Source of the DNA: Acidobacteriota bacterium
Lineage (GTDB): Bacteria; Acidobacteriota; UBA890; WLXD01
Length of the DNA stretch: 64,000 bases
Reading direction: 5' to 3'
Assembly: GCA_963666055.2 (NCBI GenBank)
Contig: CAXWPH010000015.1
Span: forward strand, 2,144,001 to 2,208,000
Numbering within the stretch: the stretch's first letter is position 1; each line of letters opens with the position of its first letter. The notes beneath the pieces are model-generated. The model was not told the origin of the DNA, searched no databases, and saw only the letters and a program-made list of their open reading frames with translations. Shown here one piece after another: positions 40,041-49,049 of this stretch. The translations under genes and the position numbers were made by a program.

Positions 40041-40991
40041 ATGTGCCGCCACCCTCGAGTGCGGGCGAGTGCAATCGGCGGGTTTACGCTCATCGAGATG
40101 GTGATCGTGGTAGCCATCGTCGGCATTCTTGCGTCGGCGGCGCTGCCGCTCGCACGCTGGACCGTGAAACGCAATCGGGAGTTCGAGCTGCAACAGAGCC
40201 TGCGCATCCTGCGCAACGCCATCGACCAGTATCGTGATGCGGCGGCCGCCGGCCTCATTCAGGTGGACGAGGGGAACACCGGCTATCCGCCGAGTCTGGA
40301 CCAGTTGCTCGAAGGCGTGCCGCTGCTCGGTCAGATGCCTCCGCTGGCGCCGGCGGTCTCCGATGCGTATACCGCTACCGGCCCCGGCCTGACCGGCGGC
40401 ATCCAGGGGCAGCTGGACAACTCGCAGGGCCAGGGCGCCAGCCAGGGCCTGCCCGGATCGCAGGGTCAATCGACTGGTTTTGGCACTATCCAGCCACAGC
40501 AGCAGTCCAGTGGCGGGTTCGGCTCGTTGAGTCGTCCCGGCAACCAGCGACCGGCCACCGGACCGGGGCGCGGGCCGTTCGGCCAACCACAGACAGCTGG
40601 CGGGTCGGGGCTGCAGCTCGGGGGTCGGGCCCCGGCGTCGACAGGCGGGCTGGTGATGCAGGGTCAGCGACCGGGGTCGACGGCGTTCGTACCGGGCGGC
40701 AACCCGTTTGGAGGTCAACAGGCAGGGGGAGGCCGGTCCGGTCTGCTCGGTGGGGTGGGCCAAACGCAGGCCGCTCAGCAGCAATCGCTGCTCGGGCCCG
40801 ATGGCCAGCCGGTCAAGCTGGTCTTCCTACGACGGCTGCCGGTGGACCCGTTCACCGGTACGGCGGAGTGGGCCTTGCGTTGCTACGGTGAGCCGCCCGA
40901 CGACCGCCTGTGGTGCGGCAAGGACGTGTTCGATGTTTACTCCAAGAGCCTCGCGCAGGCGATCGATGGCACCCGGTACCGCGACTGGTGA
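40041..40991 (+). CDS. Pseudopilin (GspG-like) with large Gly/Gln-rich insertion
   Basis: GFTLIEM class III signal, RE.EL...LR.AID.Y, GYPPSLD.L.EGV, FLRRLPVDP, DVFDVYSKS...DGT.Y.DW. Confidence 0.88.
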   Translation: MCRHPRVRASAIGGFTLIEMVIVVAIVGILASAALPLARWTVKRNREFELQQSLRILRNAIDQYRDAAAAGLIQVDEGNTGYPPSLDQLLEGVPLLGQMPPLAPAVSDAYTATGPGLTGGIQGQLDNSQGQGASQGLPGSQGQSTGFGTIQPQQQSSGGFGSLSRPGNQRPATGPGRGPFGQPQTAGGSGLQLGGRAPASTGGLVMQGQRPGSTAFVPGGNPFGGQQAGGGRSGLLGGVGQTQAAQQQSLLGPDGQPVKLVFLRRLPVDPFTGTAEWALRCYGEPPDDRLWCGKDVFDVYSKSLAQAIDGTRYRDW

Positions 40992-41025
40992 CCGGCGATC
41001 TGCGCCCATCGGTGGTGAACCAACG

Positions 41026-42084
41026 ATGCGACCAACCGTAGAGACCAACGTTGTCCAGATAGTCGGACCACGCCAGGTCCGGATCGAGAGCGACACACTG
41101 ATCCTCGAGGGCATGGGGCAGCGTGAAGTAGCTGCCGAGACCCTCTACACGGCGATCTCGCCCGGCACCGAGCTTGCTGCGTACGAGGGCCTGCAGCCGC
41201 TGCGACCCGATCGCAAGTTCACCAAGGTGGTTGGCTACTGCAACCTGGCGCGGGTGATTGCCGTCGGTGATTGGGTAACGCGTTTCCGCGTGGGTGATCT
41301 GATCTTGACCTTGCAGTCGCACCGAAGCCACTTTGTCTGCGATGACGACGAGATCCTGCTGCGCCTGCCGTATCGCGACTACGACGAGCAACAGCTGGCT
41401 GAGGCGGCGACGACGTATCTGTTCCATCAGGGATACAGCGCGCTGCTGCGCGGAGACCTGAAGCCGGGCCAGTACGTCGCCGTCGTTGGACTAGGTACTC
41501 TCGGCTTGGCGACCGTCGCCGTAGCAAGTCGATTTGGTGCCCGCGTGTTCGCCTTCAGCGACCTTCCATCGGCGGGAATCGCACTCGACGTCGGTGCTCG
41601 AATCCTGTTCGGCAAGTCGCACGATGACGACACCAAGGGGCGCATCGCCTCCAGCACCGCCAACACCGGCATCGACATAGTGGTCCTCACGAGCAGCAGC
41701 TGGGACGACCTGCGACTGGCAATCGAGCTCGTCCGGCCCGGGGGACGCATTTGCTTGTTGGGCTTCCCGGGGCGGCGCCATCCGACGCCGCCATTCAACC
41801 CGCTGGATCCGCAGTGGTTCTATCGCAAGCAGCTGAGCTTGATCTCGTGTGGTTACACGCCCGATGTCGAGATCGACCCGCGCGATATTCGCTTCACCAT
41901 ACGCCGCAATGCGGCGTACCTTCTGGAGCTGATTCTCGACGGTAGCCTGCCGGCGCACGAGCTCGTCTCGACGGTGGCGCCGTGGCATCGAATCGGCGAG
42001 ATCTATGAGCGCATCGCGGCGCGCGAGGAGGGCCTACGCACTGCCGTGCTGAAATGGTTCGGCGAGGACGCTGTCGATGGGTGA
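41026..42084 (+). CDS. MDR-family (zinc-binding dehydrogenase fold) oxidoreductase lacking canonical Zn ligands
   Basis: ISPGTE and VGYC replace the usual C..D/GHE; GLGTLG Rossmann motif. Confidence 0.8.
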   Translation: MRPTVETNVVQIVGPRQVRIESDTLILEGMGQREVAAETLYTAISPGTELAAYEGLQPLRPDRKFTKVVGYCNLARVIAVGDWVTRFRVGDLILTLQSHRSHFVCDDDEILLRLPYRDYDEQQLAEAATTYLFHQGYSALLRGDLKPGQYVAVVGLGTLGLATVAVASRFGARVFAFSDLPSAGIALDVGARILFGKSHDDDTKGRIASSTANTGIDIVVLTSSSWDDLRLAIELVRPGGRICLLGFPGRRHPTPPFNPLDPQWFYRKQLSLISCGYTPDVEIDPRDIRFTIRRNAAYLLELILDGSLPAHELVSTVAPWHRIGEIYERIAAREEGLRTAVLKWFGEDAVDG

Positions 42085-42508
42085 GTTGCGTACGCTTTTC
42101 GGACGGTGCCGCGATCGCAGGCGAGGCGCACCCGGCTTCTCGTTGCTCGAGCTCATCGTCGTGATGGCAGTGCTCGGTATTCTGGTCGTGTATGCCCTCC
42201 CGGCCTACCAAGACGCGGTGTTGCGCGCCCGCGAGGCTGTGCTCAAGGAGGATCTTCAACGCTTGCGCGACAGCGTCGAACAGTACCTCACCGACAAGGG
42301 TGCGTATCCGGAGGCGCTGGATGACCTGGTGCGCGACGGTTACCTACGTAGCCTGCCCGTGGATCCGCTCACCGGCTCGGACGACACCTGGGAAACCGAG
42401 GTCGCCCCGTGGATGATGATCGATCAGGGGCAGCCTGCCGGAATCTGGAACGTCTTTTCGGGCGCCGACGGGGATGGTCTCAACGGCGTTCCATACAGGG
42501 AGTGGTAG
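42077..42508 (+). CDS. Pseudopilin (GspG-like)
   Basis: GFSLLEL, REAVLKEDL..LR...QY..DKG.YP..LDDLV..GYLR.LPVDP. Confidence 0.9.
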   Translation: MGELRTLFGRCRDRRRGAPGFSLLELIVVMAVLGILVVYALPAYQDAVLRAREAVLKEDLQRLRDSVEQYLTDKGAYPEALDDLVRDGYLRSLPVDPLTGSDDTWETEVAPWMMIDQGQPAGIWNVFSGADGDGLNGVPYREW

Positions 42509-42511
42509 CTG

Positions 42512-43183
42512 ATGCAGCAACCTGACGGTGGCGGCGAATCCGGCTACACGCTCGTTGGCTTGATGGTGGTGGTGGCGGTGATCAACGTGTCGCTCGCCGT
42601 CGCGGTGACGTCGACGCGTACCCTCGGGCGCCGGGCACGCGAGGCCGAGCTCATATGGCGCGGCGAGCAGATCGCACGGGCTGTCGGGTGCTATGAGCAA
42701 GCCAGCACCGGACAGCCGTTGACCAGGTTCGAACAATTGGTGGAAGCGGATTGTCTGCGGCGGTTGTACCGCGACCCGATGGTGAGCGACGGTCAGTGGC
42801 GCATCCTCCGCCAACAGGATGTTGCTGACGGGACGATCGCGGCGCTACTCGGCGCCGTGGTGGACGACGCCGGCGTCGCACCGAGCCTCGCTTCGAGTGC
42901 GGCGACGATAGGACAGGGGTCGACCGTGGGTCCGGGCGCGGGCACTTCGCGGTTTCCGCGGCGGTCCACTTCGCGGTTGGCCGGCGCTGGGGCCGGAGGC
43001 GAGAACACAATCGTCGGCGTCGTCTCGCGCTCCGTAGAGACATCGCTGCGCGTCTACGGCGACAAGACGAAGTATAGCCAGTGGGTGTTTCTCGGCGGCC
43101 AGGCGATCGCGGCCGGCGCTCGTGCACCCCGCGGCGGTGGCGTGCAAGCCGCTTCCGGTCAGGGCCTGACTCCCCGACGCTAG
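42512..43183 (+). CDS. Pseudopilin-like T2SS protein (non-E5)
   Basis: GYTLVGL prepilin site, REAELIWRG, LRRLYRDP, IVGVVS.S, YSQWVF. Confidence 0.8.
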   Translation: MQQPDGGGESGYTLVGLMVVVAVINVSLAVAVTSTRTLGRRAREAELIWRGEQIARAVGCYEQASTGQPLTRFEQLVEADCLRRLYRDPMVSDGQWRILRQQDVADGTIAALLGAVVDDAGVAPSLASSAATIGQGSTVGPGAGTSRFPRRSTSRLAGAGAGGENTIVGVVSRSVETSLRVYGDKTKYSQWVFLGGQAIAAGARAPRGGGVQAASGQGLTPRR

Positions 43184-43241
43184 CGCACGGCGCATTCTAC
43201 TGTCAGCCAAGCGAGGGCCCTGCAACCGAGCCCTGGGCGAC

Positions 43242-43270
43242 TTGAAACGGCCAAGGGGGGCACTTACTAT
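43242..43270 (+). promoter_or_regulatory. Putative sigma70 promoter for pilB
   Basis: TTGAAA-17 nt-TACTAT at the start of an AT-rich intergenic patch. Confidence 0.6.
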
Positions 43271-43465
43271 CTTTCTTTATCTTTTAGTGATCATCTTTAT
43301 GCTTTGATTCGCATAGTAATCCTGAGTAGTCTCATTATGACGTTTTCAAGTTTCTAGCGATTCGTACGGGAACGCCCGCCGGCCGTCTATCAAGTGGCAG
43401 GGGTCATTCCCTTCAGAGCCGTTTCTGGAGTCAACTTGGCGGCAAAGAAGCAGCGCACGTTGGAC

Positions 43466-45226
43466 ATGGGCAGCAGAGCGACCGCGGGTCGCAAGGCGGC
43501 CAGTGCGACCATTCGACTTGGCCGCATCGTCGTCGAGTCGGGGTTGGTTTCGGAAGCCGACCTCGAGCGCGCCCTACAGATGCAGACGGAGACCGGCGAG
43601 CGACTCGGCAACATCCTCGTAGTGCTGGAGCTGCTGAGCGAGGAAGATCTCATCGATCTGCTGTCGCGACAGTTCGGCGTTCCTGCCGCCGACCTCCAGA
43701 ACCTGGACGTATCGAGCACCGTTTTGAGCCTCGTGCCACTGGAGATGGCGAAACGCTATCTCGCAGTTCCAGTAGCAGCCGACTCACGGAACCTTAGTCT
43801 GGCGATGGTTGATCCCACTGACGTGGTGGCGATCGATGACATCGAGTTCGCGACTGGCCTGCGGGTCCAGCCGATGGTCGCCTCCGATCACGCCGTGAGC
43901 GACGCCATAGGCGCTCTCTACGGCGATCATGCCGACGCCAGGATGCGTCAGATGATGACGGACCTCGAGGAAGAGATCCGCAACCCCGGCGACTTGGAGA
44001 TCGTCGAGGAAGAGGACGAGATCGATCTTGCGGCGCTCTCGAAGGCGAGCGGCGACGCACCAGTCATCAAGCTCGTTAACCTACTGCTCACTGACGCGCT
44101 GCGCCGCGAGGCGTCCGACGTCCACATCGAGCCATACGAAAAGCGGCTGCGCGTCCGCTACCGGATCGATGGCTTGCTCTACGAGATCATGGAGCCTCCC
44201 AAGCACATGCAACTGGCGATCGCCTCGCGCATCAAGATCATGTCTGAGCTCGACATCTCCGAGCGTCGCCGACCGCAGGACGGGCGCATCAAGATCCGCG
44301 TCAAGCTTGATGACCGCCTGCGGGAGCTCGACCTGCGGGTATCGACGCTTCCGACGATCTGGGGCGAGAAGATCGTCATGCGCTTGCTCGACCCCGAGGC
44401 ACTGAAGCTCGACCTCGCCGATCTCGGCTTCGAGAAGGCATCGTTGGAGCGCTTCGAGCAATCGATACGACTTCCGTTCGGCATCGTGCTGGTTACCGGG
44501 CCAACCGGCTCAGGCAAGACCAACACGTTGTACTCGGCGCTCTCGACCGTCAACAACACTGACACCAACATCATGACCGCAGAGGATCCGGTCGAGTTCA
44601 ACCTCGAGGGGATCAACCAGGTGCAAATAAACGAGGCGGTGGGACTGACGTTCCCCATGGCGCTGAAGGCGTTCCTACGCCAGGATCCCAACACGATCCT
44701 GGTGGGTGAGATTCGCGACGCCGAGACTGCGAATATTGCCATCAAGGCTGCGCTGACCGGACATCTCGTGCTCTCGACCCTGCATACCAACGATGCTCCT
44801 TCGACGATCAACCGGATGGTCGACATGGGCGTGGAGCGTTTTCTGGTGTCGTCGTCGGTGCAACTGGTGGTGGCGCAGCGGTTGATCCGTCGGTTGTGCA
44901 AGAAGTGCCGGGAGGTGTCCACTCCGGATCCTGAGGCGCTGGTCGAGATCGGCCTGTCGCCGGAGGAAGCGATGGCCGTAACCGTCTTCCACCCGGTTGG
45001 CTGCGACCTCTGCCTCGGAACAGGCTACAAGGGTCGCATCGCCCTGTTCGAGGTGATGCGGATCAGCGCCAGGCTGCGTGAGATGATTGTCAACGGCGCG
45101 ACCAACGAGGAGATCAGAGCCGAGGCGCGAAGCGCCGGGATGATCACGTTGCGCGAGAGTGGATTGGTGAAGATCTGGCAGGGTATAACTTCGATCGAAG
45201 AAGTGTTGAGGGAGACAACGCTGTGA
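43466..45226 (+). CDS. pilB: Type IV pilus assembly ATPase
   Basis: RLG.I.V N-terminal domain, APVIKLVN, ASDVHIEP, GPTGSGKT, RQDP..ILVGEIRD, TGHLVLSTLHTNDAP, CxxC pairs; start uncertain (43394-43466). Confidence 0.93.
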   Translation: MGSRATAGRKAASATIRLGRIVVESGLVSEADLERALQMQTETGERLGNILVVLELLSEEDLIDLLSRQFGVPAADLQNLDVSSTVLSLVPLEMAKRYLAVPVAADSRNLSLAMVDPTDVVAIDDIEFATGLRVQPMVASDHAVSDAIGALYGDHADARMRQMMTDLEEEIRNPGDLEIVEEEDEIDLAALSKASGDAPVIKLVNLLLTDALRREASDVHIEPYEKRLRVRYRIDGLLYEIMEPPKHMQLAIASRIKIMSELDISERRRPQDGRIKIRVKLDDRLRELDLRVSTLPTIWGEKIVMRLLDPEALKLDLADLGFEKASLERFEQSIRLPFGIVLVTGPTGSGKTNTLYSALSTVNNTDTNIMTAEDPVEFNLEGINQVQINEAVGLTFPMALKAFLRQDPNTILVGEIRDAETANIAIKAALTGHLVLSTLHTNDAPSTINRMVDMGVERFLVSSSVQLVVAQRLIRRLCKKCREVSTPDPEALVEIGLSPEEAMAVTVFHPVGCDLCLGTGYKGRIALFEVMRISARLREMIVNGATNEEIRAEARSAGMITLRESGLVKIWQGITSIEEVLRETTL

Positions 45227-46233
45227 AGTACGTAGTGACCGGTGGCGCCGGCTTCATCGGATCGCATCTGACCGAGGCTTTGCTGCGGCGTGGCCACGAC
45301 GTTGTCGTCATCGACAATTTGTTCTCCGGGACTCGCGACAACCTTGACGAGGCGCGTGACTCGGCCGGCGAGCATGCCGGCAATCTGACTCTACTGACCG
45401 CCGATATCCTCGACGAGACAGCCATCCATATGGCGCTCGACGGCGCCGAGGCAGTTTTCCACCAGGCTGCGATCGCTTCCGTGCCGCGTTCGTTCGACGA
45501 TCCGGCGTCGACGCTTCGAGTCAATATCGAGGGCACCGCAATGTTGCTCGAGGCGTGCCGGAAGCTAGCGGTGGGCCAGGTCGTAATGGCCAGCTCATCG
45601 TCGGTGTACGGCGACTCGTTGGCCCTGCCGAAGCACGAGGACATGCCCTTGGCGCCGCTCTCTCCTTATGCTTTAAGCAAGGCGGTCGGGGAGGAGTTGC
45701 TGGCGATCTGGGCGCGGCGATACGGTACCCGCACGGTGGCTCTGCGCTACTTCAATATTTTCGGGCCACGTCAGGACTCAGCCTCCGATTACGCTGCCGT
45801 CGTCCCCAAGTTCATCCTGCGCATGCTCGACGGCTTGTCGCCCATCATCTACGGCGACGGTCGCCAGTCGCGCGACTTCACCTTCGTGGAGAACGCGGTA
45901 GACGCCAATTTGTTGGCGGCCGGCATCGATCATGCTGACCACAGCGAGCCCGCTGCAAGCGGTCGCAATACCGTGGTCAACATCGGGGTGGGCGAGCGCT
46001 ATTCTCTGCTGGAGCTCGTCGAGGCTCTCAATGCGATCCTCGGCACCTCGCTGGAGCCCGAGTTCGCGCCTGCTCGCGTGGGCGAAGTGCGCGATTCGCA
46101 GGCAACCATCGAGCACGCCCAGCATGCCATCGGTTATGTGCCCCGAGTCGGCTTTGGCGTTGGCCTCGAGCGCACGGTGACCTGGTATCTGGAGCGCTTC
46201 CAGGTTCGCGCCCCGGTCACACGGGCCGGCTGA
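45223..46233 (+). CDS. NAD-dependent nucleotide-sugar epimerase (WbpP-like UDP-GlcNAc C4-epimerase)
   Basis: TGGAGFIGSH, HQAAIASVPRS, SSSSVYG, SPYALSK, LRYFNIFGPRQD, YAAVVPKF, GDGRQSRDF. Confidence 0.9.
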   Translation: MKYVVTGGAGFIGSHLTEALLRRGHDVVVIDNLFSGTRDNLDEARDSAGEHAGNLTLLTADILDETAIHMALDGAEAVFHQAAIASVPRSFDDPASTLRVNIEGTAMLLEACRKLAVGQVVMASSSSVYGDSLALPKHEDMPLAPLSPYALSKAVGEELLAIWARRYGTRTVALRYFNIFGPRQDSASDYAAVVPKFILRMLDGLSPIIYGDGRQSRDFTFVENAVDANLLAAGIDHADHSEPAASGRNTVVNIGVGERYSLLELVEALNAILGTSLEPEFAPARVGEVRDSQATIEHAQHAIGYVPRVGFGVGLERTVTWYLERFQVRAPVTRAG

Positions 46234-46353
46234 ACCCCTCGCCGCATCGCCTATCGACGCGGTGGGTAGGTTCGGCTGACGCGGCCGTCTCAAGTACTTG
46301 GTAAACAGGCGACGGGCGCCCACGGCCGGCCATGGGACGATTTTCATTAGTTG

Positions 46354-46412
46354 TAATGACTTATAGTGATTTTTAATGACTAAAAGTGAATTTAATACTT
46401 CAAAAGGGATTT
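46354..46412 (+). promoter_or_regulatory. About 20-bp direct repeats in the AT-rich pilT upstream region
   Basis: TAATGACTTATAGTGATTTT / TAATGACTAAAAGTGAATTT / degenerate AATACTTCAAAAGGGATTT. Confidence 0.5.
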
Positions 46413-46485
46413 ACAAGAACTTTAACAATGCATTATATTCCGTTGCAGAGAACTCAACGTTATAGAATACTTTTGAGGGCGTTCA

Positions 46486-47769
46486 ATGGATCTTTCCGAC
46501 TCCTCCTATGCAGACGCCTCGTTGCCTGCCGAAGCCACGCCAAAGCTGGAAGCGGTGTCGGGCGCCGCGCCGCTGCCGAGCACCGAGAGGGCGGTAGATC
46601 TGGCTGAGCTCTTGCGCCAGGTTCTGGAGCTCGAGGCGTCCGACCTTCACATAACGCCAGGTGTGCCACCACAGGTGCGCGTCGACGGCGAGCTGCGCCC
46701 AATGGAATACGCACCGCTCGAGCGACACGAGACGCAGGAACTGCTGTACTCGGTGATGACCGAGGAGCAGAGAGCGAAGCTCGAAGAGACCCTCGAGGTG
46801 GACTTCTCGTTCGGTCTCAAGGACATGGCGCGCTTCCGCGCCAACGTTTTCATCCAGCGCGGCTCGATCGCTGGAGCACTACGCCTCATCCCGTGGTGCA
46901 TTCCGACGTTCGAGGAACTCGGCCTGCCGCCGGTCATCGCCGACATCTGCCAGAAGCCGCGTGGCCTGGTGCTGGTGACCGGTCCAACGGGCTCGGGTAA
47001 GAGCACCACGCTCGCTGCCATGATCGATCTGATCAACCGTGAGAAACCGCACCATATCATCACCATCGAGGATCCGATCGAGTACCTCCACACGCACCAA
47101 CGCTCGATCGTCAACCAGCGCGAGCTCGGCGCAGACACGCTCTCGTTCCCTGCCGCCATGCGTTCGGTCTTGCGTCAGGATCCGGATTGCGTGCTCATCG
47201 GTGAGATGCGCGACCTGGAGTCCACTGAGCTGGCGCTGAAGCTCGCCGAGACCGGCCACCTGACCTTTGCCACGCTACACACCAACTCGGCGGTGCAGAC
47301 GATCAACCGCATCATCGACATTTTCCCGACTGGGCGGCAGGCGCAGATTCGCACGCAGCTGTCATTCACGCTGGTCGCAGCCATCTCGCAGACGTTGTTG
47401 CGTCACTCATCGGGAAAGGGCCGCGTGCTCGCGCAAGAGATCCTGATTCCTAACCTGGCGATCCGGAACCTCATCAGGGAGGCCAAGATCCATCAGGTCT
47501 ATTCGGCGATGCAATCCGGTCAGGCCGAGCACGGCATGAAGACGCTTACCCAAGACCTGGCGCGCCTGGTGATGAAACAGAAGATTACTTCTGAGACGGC
47601 GCTCGGTGCCTCGAGCGACGAGAAAGAACTCAGCGCCATGCTCGAGCGTCGCGAGGATGCATCAAAGGGACGTACGCGATTGGACCGTGGGGCTACGGAG
47701 CCTGTAGATCTGAACAAGGGTAGCGAGCCGTCGAGATTGCGGGCGCGACGGATTGGTCGCAGGAGGTAA
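46486..47769 (+). CDS. pilT: Type IV pilus retraction ATPase
   Basis: ASDLH, RFRANVF, GPTGSGKSTT, RQDPD..LIGEMRD, AETGHL.FATLHTNS, AIRNLIRE motif. Confidence 0.96.
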   Translation: MDLSDSSYADASLPAEATPKLEAVSGAAPLPSTERAVDLAELLRQVLELEASDLHITPGVPPQVRVDGELRPMEYAPLERHETQELLYSVMTEEQRAKLEETLEVDFSFGLKDMARFRANVFIQRGSIAGALRLIPWCIPTFEELGLPPVIADICQKPRGLVLVTGPTGSGKSTTLAAMIDLINREKPHHIITIEDPIEYLHTHQRSIVNQRELGADTLSFPAAMRSVLRQDPDCVLIGEMRDLESTELALKLAETGHLTFATLHTNSAVQTINRIIDIFPTGRQAQIRTQLSFTLVAAISQTLLRHSSGKGRVLAQEILIPNLAIRNLIREAKIHQVYSAMQSGQAEHGMKTLTQDLARLVMKQKITSETALGASSDEKELSAMLERREDASKGRTRLDRGATEPVDLNKGSEPSRLRARRIGRRR

Positions 47770-47771
47770 CG

Positions 47772-48986
47772 GTGGGGCAATATCAATACAAAGGCGTCGG
47801 AAGAGATGGCAAATCCACCAGTGGCATTGTGGCAGCCCGTTCCGCGGATGAGGTAGCGCGCTTGCTGCGCCGCCAACGTATCCGTGTGACCGCGGTCGAG
47901 CCCGTGGGACAGCGACGTACGTTCAAGCTGCCATTCGGGATCGGTAATCGGACCAAGGTGGCGCAGGAGGAAGTCGCCATATTCACGCGGCAGTTCTCGG
48001 TGATGATCGACGCCGGCCTACCGTTGGTTCAGTGCCTCGATATTCTCTCGAAGCAAGCCGACAACAAGGCGTTCGGCGACGTGCTCGCGCAGATACGAAA
48101 TGAGATGGAGGGCGGCGCCAACCTCGCGGCCGCCATGGCGCAGCACGAGAAGGTCTTCACCCCCCTGTATTGCAACATGATCTCCGCCGGCGAGGCGGGG
48201 GGCATCCTGGACATCATTTTGCAGCGCCTGGCCAACTACATCGAAAAGTCAGTCAAGCTCAAGCGCGCGGTGAAGTCGGCCTCGATCTATCCCGCCGTGA
48301 TCATCACGGTGGCGTGCGTAGTCGTGGTGATCATCCTCTGGAAGGTGATTCCGACCTTTGCCACCATGTTTGCTGGGTTGGGCGCGCAGTTGCCGTTGCC
48401 CACCCGAATCGTAGTCATGGCGTCGAACTTCGTGGGCGCCTACATGCCGTTTCTGATCGTCGGCATCATGGTCGCCGTTTTCGCGGGCCGTAAGTGGTAT
48501 CGGACCGACACCGGCGAGCTCATCATCGACTCGATCGTGCTCAAGCTACCGGTCTTCGGGATGCTGACGCGCAAGATCGCGGTGGCGCGCTTCTGCCGTA
48601 CCCTCGGCACCCTGGTCTCGTCCGGCGTCCCGATCCTCGAGGCGCTGAACATAACGGCCAAGACGGCGGGCAATCGCGTTGTCAAGGACGCCATCATGGC
48701 AACGCGCAAGAGCATTGAGGCGGGTAAGTCACTCGCCAAGCCGCTGGCGAGCTCTGGAGCCTTCCCGCCGATGGTCACTCAGATGATCGCGGTCGGGGAG
48801 GAGACCGGCGCGCTCGACACGATGCTGAGCAAGATCGCGGAGTTCTATGAAGAACAGGTCGATACCGCGGTCGAGAGCCTGACCGCGCTACTCGAGCCGG
48901 TGATGATCGTCTTCCTCGGTGTGGTCATCGGCGGGATCGTCATCTCGATGTATCTGCCGATGTTCGACCTGGTCAACAAGATCTGA
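47772..48986 (+). CDS. pilC: Type IV pilus platform protein
   Basis: FTRQFSVMIDAGLPLVQCL, GEAGGILD, FPPMVTQMIAVGEETGALD, MYLPMF. Confidence 0.95.
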   Translation: MGQYQYKGVGRDGKSTSGIVAARSADEVARLLRRQRIRVTAVEPVGQRRTFKLPFGIGNRTKVAQEEVAIFTRQFSVMIDAGLPLVQCLDILSKQADNKAFGDVLAQIRNEMEGGANLAAAMAQHEKVFTPLYCNMISAGEAGGILDIILQRLANYIEKSVKLKRAVKSASIYPAVIITVACVVVVIILWKVIPTFATMFAGLGAQLPLPTRIVVMASNFVGAYMPFLIVGIMVAVFAGRKWYRTDTGELIIDSIVLKLPVFGMLTRKIAVARFCRTLGTLVSSGVPILEALNITAKTAGNRVVKDAIMATRKSIEAGKSLAKPLASSGAFPPMVTQMIAVGEETGALDTMLSKIAEFYEEQVDTAVESLTALLEPVMIVFLGVVIGGIVISMYLPMFDLVNKI

Positions 48987-49049
48987 GGATTGGCTGATGT
49001 TCGCGGTGGCTTGACGCGCCGCCCTACAACGCGGAGAACGCTGCAGCAA

